Assembly: GCA_021432655.1 (NCBI GenBank)
Contig: MU271215.1
Span: forward strand, 64,481 to 114,259
Direction: 5' to 3'
Origin: Atractiella rhizophila
Taxonomy: Eukaryota
Length of the DNA: 49,779 bases
The notes under the pieces were generated by a model. It was not told the origin of the DNA, made no database searches, and saw only the letters and a list, made by a program, of their open reading frames with translations. Shown here in pieces: positions 36,968-49,779 of this stretch (positions within the stretch are counted from its first letter, which is position 1; the number at the start of each line of letters is the position of its first letter). The position numbers and the translations under genes were made by a program.

Positions 36968-37416
36968 CTGCAGAACTGAAGAGCGAGTAGGGAAGGCTGC
37001 GGGTCATTACCTGCACGTGATCGTGATCCGCTGCAGAAGTCAGGCTGGCTGGCGAGACACACAAAATAACTAAGTAATCGATTGTCGAAACGCTTATTGG
37101 TATAAACAGCACATAACCTTTCCTGGGACAAAACAGGATATCGAGATGTATAGACGACGGACCGACATTCAATGCCTCAACCAGCAACCAGAACCAGCGA
37201 AGAACAGAAACAGGGACTGAAAACGATCAAGAGCGAGCAAACAAACGTAGGTATGGGAGCACCAAGATTTTACCAAGATTAAATCTACCCAAATCAAAAA
37301 TGTACACTCACGAAACATCGAACGATGATAATTGAGCATCAATTGGGGCACTCACCTCATTCGAGGGTAAATGATGTAGAGAAGTTGAGAGAAGGAGAAG
37401 AGTTGAATGAACGACT

Positions 37417-40370
37417 TCAAGTTGTTTTGAGAGAAGCAGGAACGAATGTAGGTCTTGAACCAGAATTGAGACTAGAGGCGAAGGCGAGAAGATGAAAGGC
37501 TGGCTTTGCTCTTTGCTTGCTTTGATCGTATCTTTGAAACCGTTGAATTTTGTGAGAGAGAGGTCTGGAGGTCTGAAAGTGTTTGCCTTGGCACTTTATT
37601 CGCGCAGTCAGCACGAATAGCCGGGAAGCGGTGAGACCGAAACCCAAGCACAAACCTGCATCAAGAGAGCATACGATAAAGGTCTCCCTCATTCTTTGCC
37701 AGGTCCGCATAACTCTTCACTTTCTTGATCTTCTGCTCCAAAATGACAATCAGTTCATCGCTCCAACAAACAAGGAGGATGGAAGGAGGCAAGGACGGCG
37801 AAAGGAAGAGAAGAGATCGGACTAACCTTCTCTTTCTCCTTCGGGGCAACATCCATTCCCTCTCCGAACGAATTCCGAATATGAATCACCTCCACCTCTT
37901 CCCTCCCCTGTCTCTCCCTTTCCCTCTCCTCAAACCTCTTCGCCTGCTCCGAAGCAGAATTCCTTCCTCCCAACCCCAACTCTCTCGCTACCTTTCTCCG
38001 TCCAAAGATCGTGCCACGGTCGGAGGAGAAGTTGGATGTCGAAAACTCTGACGAAGTCCTCGCATGTCCAGTCCTGCTTCTTTCCATCCCAACGCCAGCC
38101 GATTGAGGGGGAGATCTATTGTTCCCACCTCCAAAGGTTGATCCTGCTGTGAGAGGACGACTGGCTGATCCGGAGCTGAGGGAGGAAGATTGTGAAGGAG
38201 GACGAGGGAGTTGATCTGCATCTGAAGGTCTTCGCAACTTCCGAAACGTCTTCTGACTCGGTGGCAACGGTGGTAAAGGGGGTAAAGGGTTGTTTAGGGA
38301 GCTGCTGATCGGCTCCGGTCGCTCATACGACATGGAAGGTCGCGCTCCAGCCGACAAAGAGACAGCGGAAAGGTCAGAAGGCAAATCGCCAAGGAGAGCT
38401 TGCAGTTTCTTGTTCCTCTTCACCAATCTTGCCTTCTCCTCAGCCGACAATGTCATCCCATCCCCTCCTGCTCCATTCGCATTGAGAGCCGGATTCGAAT
38501 TGGCGGGAGTGGGAGCAGTGGGGGTTTTAGGAGTTGTAGGGAGCTCTGTTGGTACCTCACCGAGGAGCGCTTGCAGCTTCTTCTGCCTCTTCAGCATCCT
38601 CGCTCTATCCTCAGCCTCCATTCCATCGCTTCCATCCTCCTCATCCCCAACCGAATCCGAAGGATCAGAAGGTGGTATGGGTAAGGGTATGGAATGAGGA
38701 GAGGAAGCAGGATCGGAGTAAGAGGAAGGAAGACGAGGGGGACGAACGACGATCGTCTTTCCGCTCCTCCTTAAATTCGCCCCTCTCCTCTCCTCTCCCT
38801 GAGCCTGACCCCGACCTGCAGCAAACTCGTCCAACCCAGTCTCGAGCTCACCCTCCGTTTCCGAGAACTCCAAAAAGTCGTCCCCGCGTCCCCTCATCTT
38901 CGGACTGCCGTTCGCCTTTTTCCTTCCTCTCGCCTTCTCACCCGCCTCAGCGAACGCCATTGCCGCCACAGAGGCGGACACTACTCTTCCCATACCAGCT
39001 CCTGTTCCAGTGTTCAACATCATCCCCATGGGAGAACCGATGGGGAGCGGTGGTTGAGGTGCGCTCTGGGCTCGCTCCATACGCCCTTCCCCGGTTTGGT
39101 CAGAACGCATGGGACGGGGAGCACGCATGGGTGGTGCGCGGCCGCTGAAGAGAGGAGGGACAGAGGGGAGGTCCTCCATCATTGGTTCGGGGTGGAGAGA
39201 TTGAGATCGGACCATTGTAGGTGGGACGGCGTGCAGTGTCGTTTGATGTTCGGGCGGTATGGCGTGTAGGGTAGTTTGGGGTTCGGGTGGGAGGCTAGGT
39301 CGGTATTGTTGTGTTTGCTGTTGTTGGTATTGGTGAGGTTCGAAAGGAGGCGAATAAGGGGAGAAAGGGGAAGGTCTCTCGAGCGGAGAATCGAATATTG
39401 ACGGGGGCTCACCGTCCGAATCTGGAGAGTAGAAGGTATTGGTGGATGTAGCGTTAAATGGAGAGGAATGAGGCTGGTATGGATTGATAGAGTAGTTCTG
39501 TTGGACCCCGCCCTGTTGCTGTTGCTGTTGCTGTTGATACTGACGGAGCTGAGGGTGTGATGGCGCCTTGGGCAAAGGTCTTGAAGTCGACACGCCATAC
39601 CCGTTTGCGGTCGCTGGCCTCGAAGACGATCGAAGTGGCCTATAGGGCGTGGTTGGCGAGACCGGTTCCTGGATCGGCGAAATGACCTCTATCTGGTCCG
39701 TCGCTTGCAACTGAACGTTGTTCGGCAGAGGAGGGACGGGAGGAGGTTGGGAATGTAGACCTTGAGGTGGACGCGGCGTCCGAGTGATTGTTCCCAATGT
39801 CACACCAGCTAGGAGGGCTGCATGACTCCCGGAATACCCCCTCTGTCTTCCCATCCCTGTCCCTCCAATCCCTCCTGCTGTAGCTCCATGGCCAGAGGAC
39901 GATGTGGGAACTTGAACCGAGCTTTGAGGGAGCGATTGTGGGATTGGAGGAACTGGAGGGGAGCCGAACACGTCTAGATCTCGAAATGCGTTTGCGGGGT
40001 CAAAGGGGGGAAGGACCGGTCTGTAGTCCTGCATCGGTTGGTGATGAGGTATTCCGGTCGGGATGTTGGAAGGTATTCCGTGCGACAAACCAGCCAAAGG
40101 AGGCAAGGGTGGAGGGGGTGAGTTGGGACGGGGCATGTGGGCGCCCATGGGAGTGGGGGGAGCTGTGGAGTAAGCGGGGGGTGGGAGGGTGTAGGCTGGA
40201 GTGGAGAGTGAGGAGTCAGATGTGATGGAACGCATCGAGTCCCTGGCGAATAGCGATGAGGATGAGCGTGAGGAGATGCTGGAAGTCGGCGAGTGGGATA
40301 AACCTGGGTGATGTGGATGCGCATGGACGGGAGGTGGAAATGAGGATGGCGAAACTTTGGAGAAATCCAT
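37417..40370 (-). CDS. Uncharacterised Pro/Ser/Gln-rich protein with two KKLQALLG[ED] motifs (3' end uncertain)
   Basis: 871-aa ORF from ATG 40370 with a poly-Gln tract. Further exons follow donors near 37825 and ~37673. Confidence 0.7.
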
Positions 40371-41419
40371 CGTTCGCTATTTCGCTCTGTCTGATCTCTT
40401 CCTTTCCTGCCGAAACGTCTGCTGGTTGTCCGCGAGCTTCTGTGCCTGTATCTCGGTTGAGCTATGCTTGTCACGCTGGACCCACTTTGGGACTGACCTC
40501 TGCAATCACCAACCACGCCAGTAACACCGGGTCACGCAAATCAATCAGTCACACAGTCAGCCAGTGAGGGTCAAAGGCAATGATATATATGACGAGTGGA
40601 AGTAAAGTAAAGTCGTGAAGATGAGGATAAGCTGAAGCGTGTCTGAGATGTTATGAGCCAAACTTTGGAATCAGGCGCCGAATTCGCCCTCGATGAATAC
40701 AGAGCGAGGAGGTGAAGTCGGTGGCTAGGAGGGCGAAAAGAGGACGATATCGATGATAGGTATATACGAATTCAGGGACCGCGGATGGCAGAGGTTGACA
40801 GTGGAAGGAGAAGATGGACGTCGACCTCGCGTAAAGTGATCTTGACTTCGGCCTTCCCTCCAATTTGCACCAACTAAATTCTATTTATTATCTCCTATTT
40901 ACGTTGGTCTTACGCTATGGCCTGCACCTATAATGCTCCCTGAATGCTTTATGGAATGAAGCTATAAAAGACGACGCAGAAGCGAGCTCGCGACAGAGTA
41001 ACAGAAGCATAGAACGCTCTAAATGAAGCAATAAACCCCTTCCAAGCTCCTCAACTGAACCAGCTTCAACTGGTTCTTCATTCCAGCTATTTCGCTCGGA
41101 AGTCCGTCAATCACAGAACACGTATACTGTCGCTCTTCAAACAGCGCGAAAAGCGTGAATCATGCCTTGCATAATGCGTAATACAATCGATCAGGATCAG
41201 TCCACAATAACATGAATAATGCCTCCATCCCATCGGGTTGATTGTCCGCAGCTGTCGTGATCGGATCTAACCAGCACCTTGAACGAGATCCATTCAACAG
41301 GGATGTCCTTGTACTGTACCATAAAGGTATGTGACCGCTTGAAGGACACGTCAAGGAGTTGCCCAAAGACATTGCATTACCATTACGTCCTTCTCCGGCT
41401 TGTGAAAGCATTGATGATG

Positions 41420-42940
41420 TTACCCAACCTGAAATGGGAAATGGGAAAGTAGATACCGCAACCCCAACCCTTTGACCGCGGCACGTGGCTGCGATAACGA
41501 AACGTTGGGGCTCCCAACATTTGTCTTCTGATTTATCTCTCTCGCAGTTTTCTTTAATTCGCCAACTTCCCTCTCTCGATCTTCCAAAGCAAGCACGAGC
41601 GCCAATACCTGTTTAGAGAGCACGACGCCAATCAGGTGACGAGGATATGAGGAAACGGTATATTCATATTCATTACGGTAATCAAACAACAAAACGTATC
41701 CAATTCCTAATTCAACCCATGGGGCGACTTGATCTCGGCGAAGATTTGGAAGACGAGGGAAATGGTTATATGCACAGATAATCGATAGTCAAGCCATAAT
41801 ATGGTACTTCGCATTTTCTCGTTTCTCGTTCTCTTTCTGTCCCACAACCGCAACCACGACGGAGCGTACAAGTCAACACACGTCCTCATCCAGCTACGAA
41901 GGAGAAGGAAAGACATACCAAGGCACACTGGTACTCCTGCTCCGTCCAAAATACTCCCTCTCGCTCCCCAACCACGGCATCGGACTCGGACAAGGCGATC
42001 CACCCGTGGGCGTCGCCGTATTGTCTGTCCACCCATCCTCCTCCTCCCCACCCTCTCTCTTCTTTCGACCACCTCCGTCTGCATCGGCATCAGCGTCACC
42101 TTCACCCTCGCTGTCCGTCGAGCTCTCGCTCCATTTGGACGTCTCCTCCGGTTCGGCTCTCCCCCTCCCATGTGAGGGATGAGACATCGTCCTCTTCCTC
42201 CCTTGTGTTCGCGGGGCGTGCGCACGACGCGTGTGTCGGTGGTGGTGGTGATGATGGTGGGAGGGAGGGGGAGGAGAAAAGGAAGGCGGACCCCATGTGA
42301 CCCTTTTTGTGGGTGTGCAGGCGCCTGAGGGGGAGGGAGAGGGAGATTGGCGGAGGGAGGACTTGAGGGTGTGTGGTGGGGGAGATTTGGAGAAGACAAG
42401 CTTGTAGGACAGCGAAGAGGTCGAGGAGCGTGAGGTTGTGGATGACCTATCGTCCCCGAAGCAATCTTCTTCGTCTTCGGAGGAAGAAGAGGATGATGAT
42501 GATGTGGATGAGAGAGGGGAACGGATGGAAGAGAGGGAGGCGAGAAATTGATTGATCAGAGGATCGGACCTGTCCAGGTCTGGATCTTTCGAACTGCGAC
42601 TCCGACTCGCCCCATTCATGGCAAGTGAAGAAGACACTTTCCCATTCGCCTTTCGACTCCCAGTGTCATTGCTGGAAGAGCTCGCATTGCGACCGATAGA
42701 AGAAGAGGAGATGGAGCATGACACCCTATCTCTATTCCGTCCCCTTCCCTCCCTCTCCTTCGCCGTGTCCTCGCCTCCTCCAGCGTTGGATGAGGCAGGA
42801 AGGGTGGAGGAGGAGTTGAAGTACTCTAAGAGCGCTTTCCGATCGGAAGGGGCGTAATCGGAGAAGTGACGGAGGATTTTTGAGCGTGAAGAAGGACGCA
42901 GGGTGCGATATGTAGTTTGAAGGGAGGATGACTCGCTCAT
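41420..42940 (-). CDS. Uncharacterised Ser/acidic/His-rich protein with a short C-terminal coiled coil
   Basis: ORF from MSESSSLQTTYRTLRPSSRSKILRHF, donor near 41918, and a terminal exon encoding VLALVLALEDREREVGELKK. Exon structure is uncertain. Confidence 0.55.
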
Positions 42941-43612
42941 GGCTTTGATGCTGCTTCGAAAGCCTGACTGAGAAAAGACAGAGAAAAGAGAAAAGGGGAT
43001 AGGGGTAAGCGAGGGAGGACGTACGATGTGTTGATGATAAATAATCAAACTCAATGTTATCTCCTGTGGAGTTGTGGAGTCGTGTGGGGTAACCTCTTTG
43101 TTGCTTATCCCAACGATAACACTTCTGAAAGATACTGGCAGTTCCTTGCACCAATGCTCTGAGCAGAACTGATGAAGGAAAGAGTGATAAGAGACGAGAA
43201 GAAGGTGCTAGTTGATGAAAGAGGGGATTAGAGGCGGTGACCATGCAGCAACCAGACGCACGTGAAATCCAGAACGGACGAGCACACGCACGGCTAATTG
43301 CGGCTTTCCGTCATTCTCTAATCCATTCGTCGGACGGCCGGATTTCGACGCAAAAGGGAATGTTTGCATCGAACTCTAACCTAATCTCGGTCAACGACCA
43401 AAAGAGCAAAGTTCGACCAATGTTGATCTCAATGGTCTTGCCTTGGGCTGATATGGTGCTCATTGAGGACAAAGGGAAAGCAGTGAAGAGTTCGTGGTTT
43501 GAGGTTATATAAACCAGACTGAGAACTGTCGCGACTGTCGCTCTTGCGCGTCGAAGAAGATTTCAGCTAGTGTGAATTGTGAACGTGAGAGTGATTGTGG
43601 AAGATTCGAAAG

Positions 43613-45139
43613 ATGAGCACGACGCACCGTCACGCTAGCGATTTGTCGCCTGAAGAAAGGAAGAGGAAGAGAGCTGCGAAGACCAATGTTTTGAAGCAGG
43701 AGAACCAGGCGTTTTTAGAACGCAAGAAATACCTCTATTCGGTTCGCTTTACCCTTCCCTCCCAGAGTTCAAATTTATGAGAACGGATCGATAGGAGTGC
43801 CAGAATGCCGTGAAGGCGATCATCAACCTCGACACCTTGCTAGAACCTGTCTTCGAACACGATGATCCGTCATCTTGCAACGGTGGAAGTAAGACGAATG
43901 GACATATAGATTTCAAGAAAGTTCTTCCCACCCGTCGCGCCATCGTTCCGCTCTCTCCAACGCCTTTGATCTACCAAAAAGATCTCATGTTCCTCCTCGT
44001 GATCGAGAAGGAGATCAAGGTCCCAAACCTACCTCAATCTCCATACGTCGAAGACGACGAGTACCCGGTGTTCGAAGGTCTGGGAGAGGACGGAAAGGGT
44101 CTGAACGGCGTTTCGAAGGATGGGAAGAGGGCGATGGTCGCGGTCCATCGGAGCATATTCTTCGAAAGAGTCAGCGATGTGCCTTGCTGGTTAGGAGAGT
44201 GGGAGGGAGAGGAAGTGGATGGGGAGGAGGGAGAGGATATTCTAAGACTCAGGCCCGTCTGGCGAGTCTTTCTACTTCTGTTTTCTTCCTTCTTTGTGAC
44301 TTTATCTGATGTGGTGGAACATCCAGGGACCCAACAACGAGGCTCGGGTGCGTTCTACCATCTACACTCCTTGCTTACCGGTTTACTATCTAGTTCTTAG
44401 CTCCTATCCCATCTTCCCTTACCCTGTTCCGTCCCTCAGCGCCTTCCTTTACATCCTCCACTTCATCTACACAGACACCTTCCACATCCTAGCGCAACAA
44501 CTCCTCCCCGAACGTCCAGAATTCGTGCCCCGTCCAGGTGAGCAATTGAGGAGCTTGCATGATGGAACGGAGAGCAGGAACTCCACTCCTTCTTCTGGCG
44601 TTGGCCAAGAGGGTGAGAGTCAGTTTTGGAATATGTTTGACACGATAGATAAAGACGTTAGTCTTCTCCTCATGTTTTCTCCACCTCGAGAAACATGACT
44701 GACTTTCTCCATTTATGTTTTTGCATTGTGCTGGGTGGGATAGGTCCGACATCACTATGCTTCAGTGGTCAAAGAGTTCCTGTGGACGGCTAGGTTCTTA
44801 ACCATTCGGTCCAACAAACTCTGGACCACACTCACCCTCACCTGGAAGCTCCTTGCGTCTGTCCTTCCCCCATATTCTTCTCCCCAATAACTGATCTTGC
44901 AGCTATGGTGTAGACACAACCTCGACGAAGAGGATTTCCAGAATGAGTTCTGGCGCTCTCCCCCTTCAATGGGCAGGACTTCTTCCTCGGGAAGAGGATA
45001 TGAGCTCGACGGTTGGTTGGTCGATTTAGAGAGGAGGGTAGATGTGCTCACTCTCGAGAAAAAGAGAGGCAAGGCGGAGTATCTGAAAGCTCAAGCTGCC
45101 TCCCAAAAAGCAGGAACAGGGAACAGGAGGGCCAATTGA
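43613..45139 (+). CDS. Clp1-like (clampless-1-type) protein
   Basis: MVAVHRSIF, LPVYYL...PYPVPSLSAFLYILHFIYT...LAQQLLP and VKEFLWTARFLTIRSNKLWTTLTLTWKLL resemble, from memory, the basidiomycete Clp1 blocks (vH..vl; lP.p..F..l..ylYt; w.na..Lg..d..LW..ld.aw.vl). Confidence 0.5.
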
Positions 45140-45236
45140 ATGATTTCCTTCGCTTGAAAGAGCAGGTTTATTTGAATTGCAACTGAAAAGGCATATAATC
45201 AATACGAATTGTAATTTTCTTCATTCCCCAATCACC

Positions 45237-47097
45237 TCATGACGAAACACGACGGTTACGCATCACCCATAGGCAGTCCCTCTTCCCTATCCGTACCGGC
45301 CACGGATTCTCCTCGCTGCTCCCAAACTGCAATCCATCAAAACAATCCACCCGTTCCACAATGTCAAACGAAGCCTTGTGGAAAGCAGGTGTAGAAGTGA
45401 TCAAATAATCGAACTTCTCAAATTCCATTGCGTCCGACAAATCCTCCGATCTATCAAACTCCCACCCCTGTGAACCTTGAGAGCTGTTGAAACGTTGGTA
45501 CGACGGAATGGATAGTGGAAGGTCGAGAGGAGACGAAGTCGGCATGTAGATCCACCGTACGGGTTCGGAGAGAACGAATAAGGAGGCACCGGTTTGGGTG
45601 GCGTAGGAATCGAGATGTACGGATTTAGGCTTGCTGGTCAATGTTGCTGGAGGGGACGGCAGCGTGTGGAGCAGCTGGACTGCGACTCCGCCAGGGTAGT
45701 TAGAAAGAGATGAGGAGAGTGAGAGCGTCGTGGCCGCTAGTGTGGAGAGGAGGAGGAGGGGGTATATAGTCCGACGGAGCGTGGGAGAGAGCTTCGAAAG
45801 CGCGTAGCTGGAGCAGAGGTTAAAAGTTGGGATACCTGGTAAACACAGGTCAAACTCCTGAGAGTGAAGGAGGGATGACGACGAACAGTAGATTATGAAC
45901 CTCCATTCTTTGTGTTGCAACCAAGACAATAATGCGATAGAGGCGAAGAGGGGGAAGACAAGCTTTTTGCTTCTACTGTAGATGGTGGAGAGTATGAGGA
46001 AGGGATATGAAGTTGTAAGCAATTTCGGGAGCGAGTTCGTAAAGTAATAATGCCACGGTGAGACCTGTGCCGGCTCCATCAGATGGGCTAGAAAGGAAAT
46101 CAATGTCGCTTACACCCCAAGCGATGCTCTTTCCCTCAACAATGTTGAAATAAGCAGCCTGGAACTCCGGCCACACGGGCGTGTTCCAAAAGTACGAATC
46201 GGCGAAGAAGCTCAGAACTATGCCTGCGTCAGGGATCCATGCCATTCAACAGATATCACACACCAGCACCAGCGATACCAGCAGGAACGACAGCAGCCAG
46301 AACCTCCAAGAGGTTGAGGTGCTCATATGCGAGAAAGTAGAGGCACAGCGGCGCAATGAGCGTCACGAGTTCCAATCGAAGGACAGCAGCGATGAAAGCG
46401 AGAATCATTAGTGCAGCTTCAATTTTTGCTTTCCCTTTCTTTGTCGTTGGGTTGCTCCTAAGCGGCAAAGCGAGGGCGATTTGTACTGTCCCCAGTCGAC
46501 CGTCAAGTCAAAGAGTTGTGCGGGGAGAAAATGTACCAGGTGCAAATGCTAGCATGTTTGGAAGCGTTCTGCCGGCGTAGAAGGGGAGATGAAATTGTAC
46601 GATGGTTAGACCTAGAGCCATGGAAGAGGCGGATCTCCCAAAGATGCGTCTAGCGGAACGGTAGAGGAAGATGGTTGAGAGTCCGTTGGCGACTGCGAGT
46701 ACACTCCTCACTTCAAAAAGTCCTTTGGTCAATGCTACTGTGTTGATGGCGGAAAGGGACCAACCAAGGATCTGGAGTTCAAAATGACTCTCCAACACCC
46801 GGTTAAGCTTGGCGACGAGGATGAGTGGAGAAGTGATGAACGCAAGTGCGAGTGAACCGATGAAGGATCTTGGTACGACACCAGGGAAAGTGTGATGATC
46901 ATACTATGCCATTCTTCATCAGAACACTGAGAATCAGTCGCAATCACAAGACAAACCTGAGAACGCCCCGCATAGATGCCATAGGTGAGAATGTCGTGTG
47001 TTGCGTGCAAATTGAAGGACTCTTCGACTTTTGTGAACGGGCAAACGACGACGTGCCCAACCAGGACGGCCAGAAGCAGAAGTTCTAACGCTTTCAT
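45237..47097 (-). CDS. ALG12: Dol-P-Man alpha-1,6-mannosyltransferase (GT22)
   Basis: [54 protein letters not shown]...WPE...[24 protein letters not shown] and QTGASLF. Confidence 0.93.
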
Positions 47098-47351
47098 GCT
47101 AGCTTTGATGACCCAAGTCAAGACGAGAAAAATAAAAATTTAGCCCCAAAGAACACGAAGCATGCAGGTGGTGGAAGCTGGGCCGGGAAGGGGACGCGGC
47201 AACCTGGGGTCGGCTTCGCGCCCAACAAATGATATTCAGGCCAACACTTCCACTTCCAACAATTAATATTTCGAGCAGAGCAGTTTCCTCGCTCCAGAGT
47301 GCTAGATAGCTCATAGCAGCATAGCGAATAGCTGTCTGTTAGGTCTTTACA

Positions 47352-49452
47352 ATGGCGGAAATGCGGCGGCGACGAATATCAGTCGACAACACTGGTTCTC
47401 ACAATATCCATTCTAGAACGACGGTGTCTGAGGAAGACTCTCCCGTGAACTTAGCACTCGCTTACCTTAGAAAGAAGCTGCCTGCTATCACTAGCTTGGT
47501 CATTGGGGTTTGCGTGGGGACTTTTCTTTGCTTCTGCCTTCTCAGGAGGTTCAAATAGCGTACGTCCTTTCATCGGCATTCTGGAAGCAAGGGTCTAAGA
47601 GCCGCTTCTTCTCTTAAATTTGACTTTGTGACATGTGCAGGATGATGCCTCACGGTGGTCTTCTTCCTTCTCTTCGACCTCGAACTGGGTCTCCCCCAGC
47701 ACCTTCCGAGGCTCCTCAAACGCACATCATCGCTTTACCCCCACTCCTCCGACGCTGGACCAGCGTTTTCGCGTCTTCGAGATTCTCGCCACTCTCACTG
47801 GATACCACACCCGCCAGTGCACTCGTTTTGCTCAAAAACCGTATCGTCGACAGGTGTACGAGCGCTACGAACCTCTGGTTGGGTATGAGAGGAAGAGGCA
47901 TCGGAAGGGACTGAGTGGTTACCTTCACTTGCCGAATTTGGGGAAGCGTGGCTTCTTCGGTAGCTCGTATGGCGAAGAAGAGAGGCACGAGCAAGAGGTG
48001 GAGAGAATATTTTTTTTTCTTCGGATAGAGATAGGAACGATCGGAATCGTGCCTTAGCGAGGAAGGGCGGTTATGAAGATCACAAGTATTTTTTCGCCAT
48101 AAATCTTTTACAACTCCTTCGACATCATCCCCGATCTCTTCTCCAATATGTTCAAAGTTTCGTCTATCCTTGGATTTTCAAAATGTCTTCGTCTCCGTCT
48201 ACGAGAATGGTTCGACGGACCAAACGAAGGCATTGCTAAGGCTATTCGACGCGCTGGCGCGTTCAGTTGGTTAAGGGTGGTCATTCGCACCTCGTTGAGG
48301 ACCAAGAGGGGCGCTTTCCATCATCGAATTGAGTATCTTGCCGAAGTCAGGAACGCTGCTTTGGCGCCATTGCATGAGCTGCGGGAGGCGGAAGGAGAGG
48401 TCTTCGACTCCGTCATCTTCATGAACGACGTCCTGCCCTGTGTNNNNNNNNNNNNNNNNNNNNNNNNNGAGGCGGAAGGAGAGGTCTTCGACTCCGTCAT
48501 CTTCATGAACGACGTCCTGCCCTGTGTGGACGATCTCCTCGAACTTGTTTGGCAGAGCAGGAGGCAGAATGCAGGCATCACTTGTGGTAGTGATTACATC
48601 TTCCATGAGGAAATGGGTCAACCGGTGTTCTATGATAACGTATGTCACTCCCTTTTATGTTCCGCTCAAGGAAAGAGAAGGCTAAGAAAGGATATCAAAG
48701 TGGGTAGCCCGCGACATGAATGGAACAGCGCTTGAGAATGCTCCGTTCGAGTCTGTATTCAGGGATCAAGGCTCGTCTCACCGCTTCCAGCGCCATTTAC
48801 CTATCCAAGTCCAATCTTGCTGGAACGGAATCGCTGTCCTCGATTCGGCTCCCATCTATGCTCATCCTCACGTTAAGTTCAGAATGGCGAAATTGAGCGA
48901 AGGCGAATGCTCCGCATCGGAATGCTCTCTCATTTGTAACGATTATTGGCAAGCGGGATATGGAAGGATCATCATGATCAGTCGCGTTAAACTTGCGTAC
49001 GATAAAGTAAGTCTCCCCCCTGCATTCACTCGTCAGGCGAGAAGTCTTTGTTCAACGGTACGGACGTAATAGCAAGTATACGACATCATCCATCCGGAAC
49101 GACGAAACCTTACCCTGGTGCGCGGTTATCAACGCTTAGGAGGCCACCCAGACGACCCAAATTCAGATCCGCAAGACCGCTCTTGGTTCGGACCTCACGA
49201 CAGGCTTTTCAGACAGGAGGAGAGTGAGGAACTGGAGTGGCAAGGCCAGCCGTCTCATGTTTGGTGTTGGGGTTGGGACGGTGCGGGTGATATCGAGGGT
49301 TCGTACCAACTTCTTCGAGGTTTAGTTGTGGATTGTAACGTTGTGTGTAATGCTGAACAGGTCCAGACGTTGAGCCCATCTGGGAACCGTTCCCCAATGC
49401 TACAATGGATCCATTGGCAGTTCGTCATGAACGCAGCTTCGACTTCCTCTGA
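47352..49452 (+). CDS. CAP59: Cap59-like alpha-1,3-mannosyltransferase (GT69); several apparent indel errors and an N gap
   Basis: AINLYNSFDIIPDLF, RGAFHHRIEYLAEVRNAALAPLHELR, IFMNDVLPCVDDLLELVWQSRRQNAGITC, PVFYDNW, LPIQVQSCWNGIAVLD, CSASECSLICNDYW and WCWGWDGAGD. Confidence 0.9.
48385..48527. other. Assembly gap (25 N, 48444-48468) with an unmerged 59-bp contig overlap
   Basis: 48385-48443 is repeated exactly at 48469-48527. Confidence 0.97.
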
Positions 49453-49779
49453 TTTCATTTCGACATCAACACCCTTCATGCGACAGCATCCCACGTTGCC
49501 TCTGGTCGGGAATATTGACTCGATAGATTGATTTTAGGAACCAAAAGAGAATGTTCGTTCTCGCCCTAAATATCTATTGCGAAATTTGTTACCTCGTTCT
49601 TTCAGAAGCTGCGGTACTCATTTGTTTATTCAGCTCATTAATGTTGTGTTAAAGTCGCTTTCATTCTTCAAAATATTTTCCAGCTTTCAGCATGATAGAA
49701 GGCAGTAATCGTTCTTTGTCTTTCGTTCTTCATCTATGCTGGAGTCTAGATCGCAAATGGGTTTGTTGAGGTGAAATGG

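Noticed and set aside
29059..42857. Many antisense and alternative-frame ORFs over the Pro/Ser-rich genes
   Set aside because: These are shadow ORFs expected from low-complexity, stop-poor coding DNA, with no independent motifs.
47500..48527. CAP59 as a pseudogene or with an internal tandem duplication
   Set aside because: The indels sit in homopolymers and cluster toward a contig end. The 59-bp repeat flanks the N gap exactly, and the protein is otherwise well conserved, so this is an assembly artefact.

Overview
Gene-dense, intron-rich eukaryotic DNA (about 50% GC by eye; short GT-AG introns with CTRAC/CTAAC-type branch sites and several microexons), typical of a basidiomycete fungus. The organism cannot be named from sequence alone. 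In order, the genes are: GT90/CAP10-like glycosyltransferase (partial), ATG1 kinase, a two-module multi-pass membrane protein interrupted by an internal duplication/insertion, C2-RasGAP, Zn2Cys6 transcription factor, an AT-rich decayed gene relic, PLAC8 protein, 3-hydroxybutyryl-CoA dehydrogenase, RPS25, two paralogous Pro/Gln-rich proteins sharing a repeated KKLQAxLGE motif, NOT3/5, FCF1, a G-patch protein (frameshifted), a Ser-rich unknown, a Clp1-like protein, ALG12 and CAP59 (low-quality sequence plus a gap). The most notable oddities are (i) a 475-bp near-identical duplication flanking a diverged copy of the gene's own upstream region, which splicing could in principle repair, (ii) a perfect hairpin directly 5' of an AACCCTAACCCTAA telomere-repeat tract (speculative telomerase-RNA template or telobox), and (iii) the paralog pair with the KKLQAxLGE motif. 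I found no rRNA, tRNA, CRISPR or intact transposon. Exon boundaries were inferred by eye and no database searches were run.
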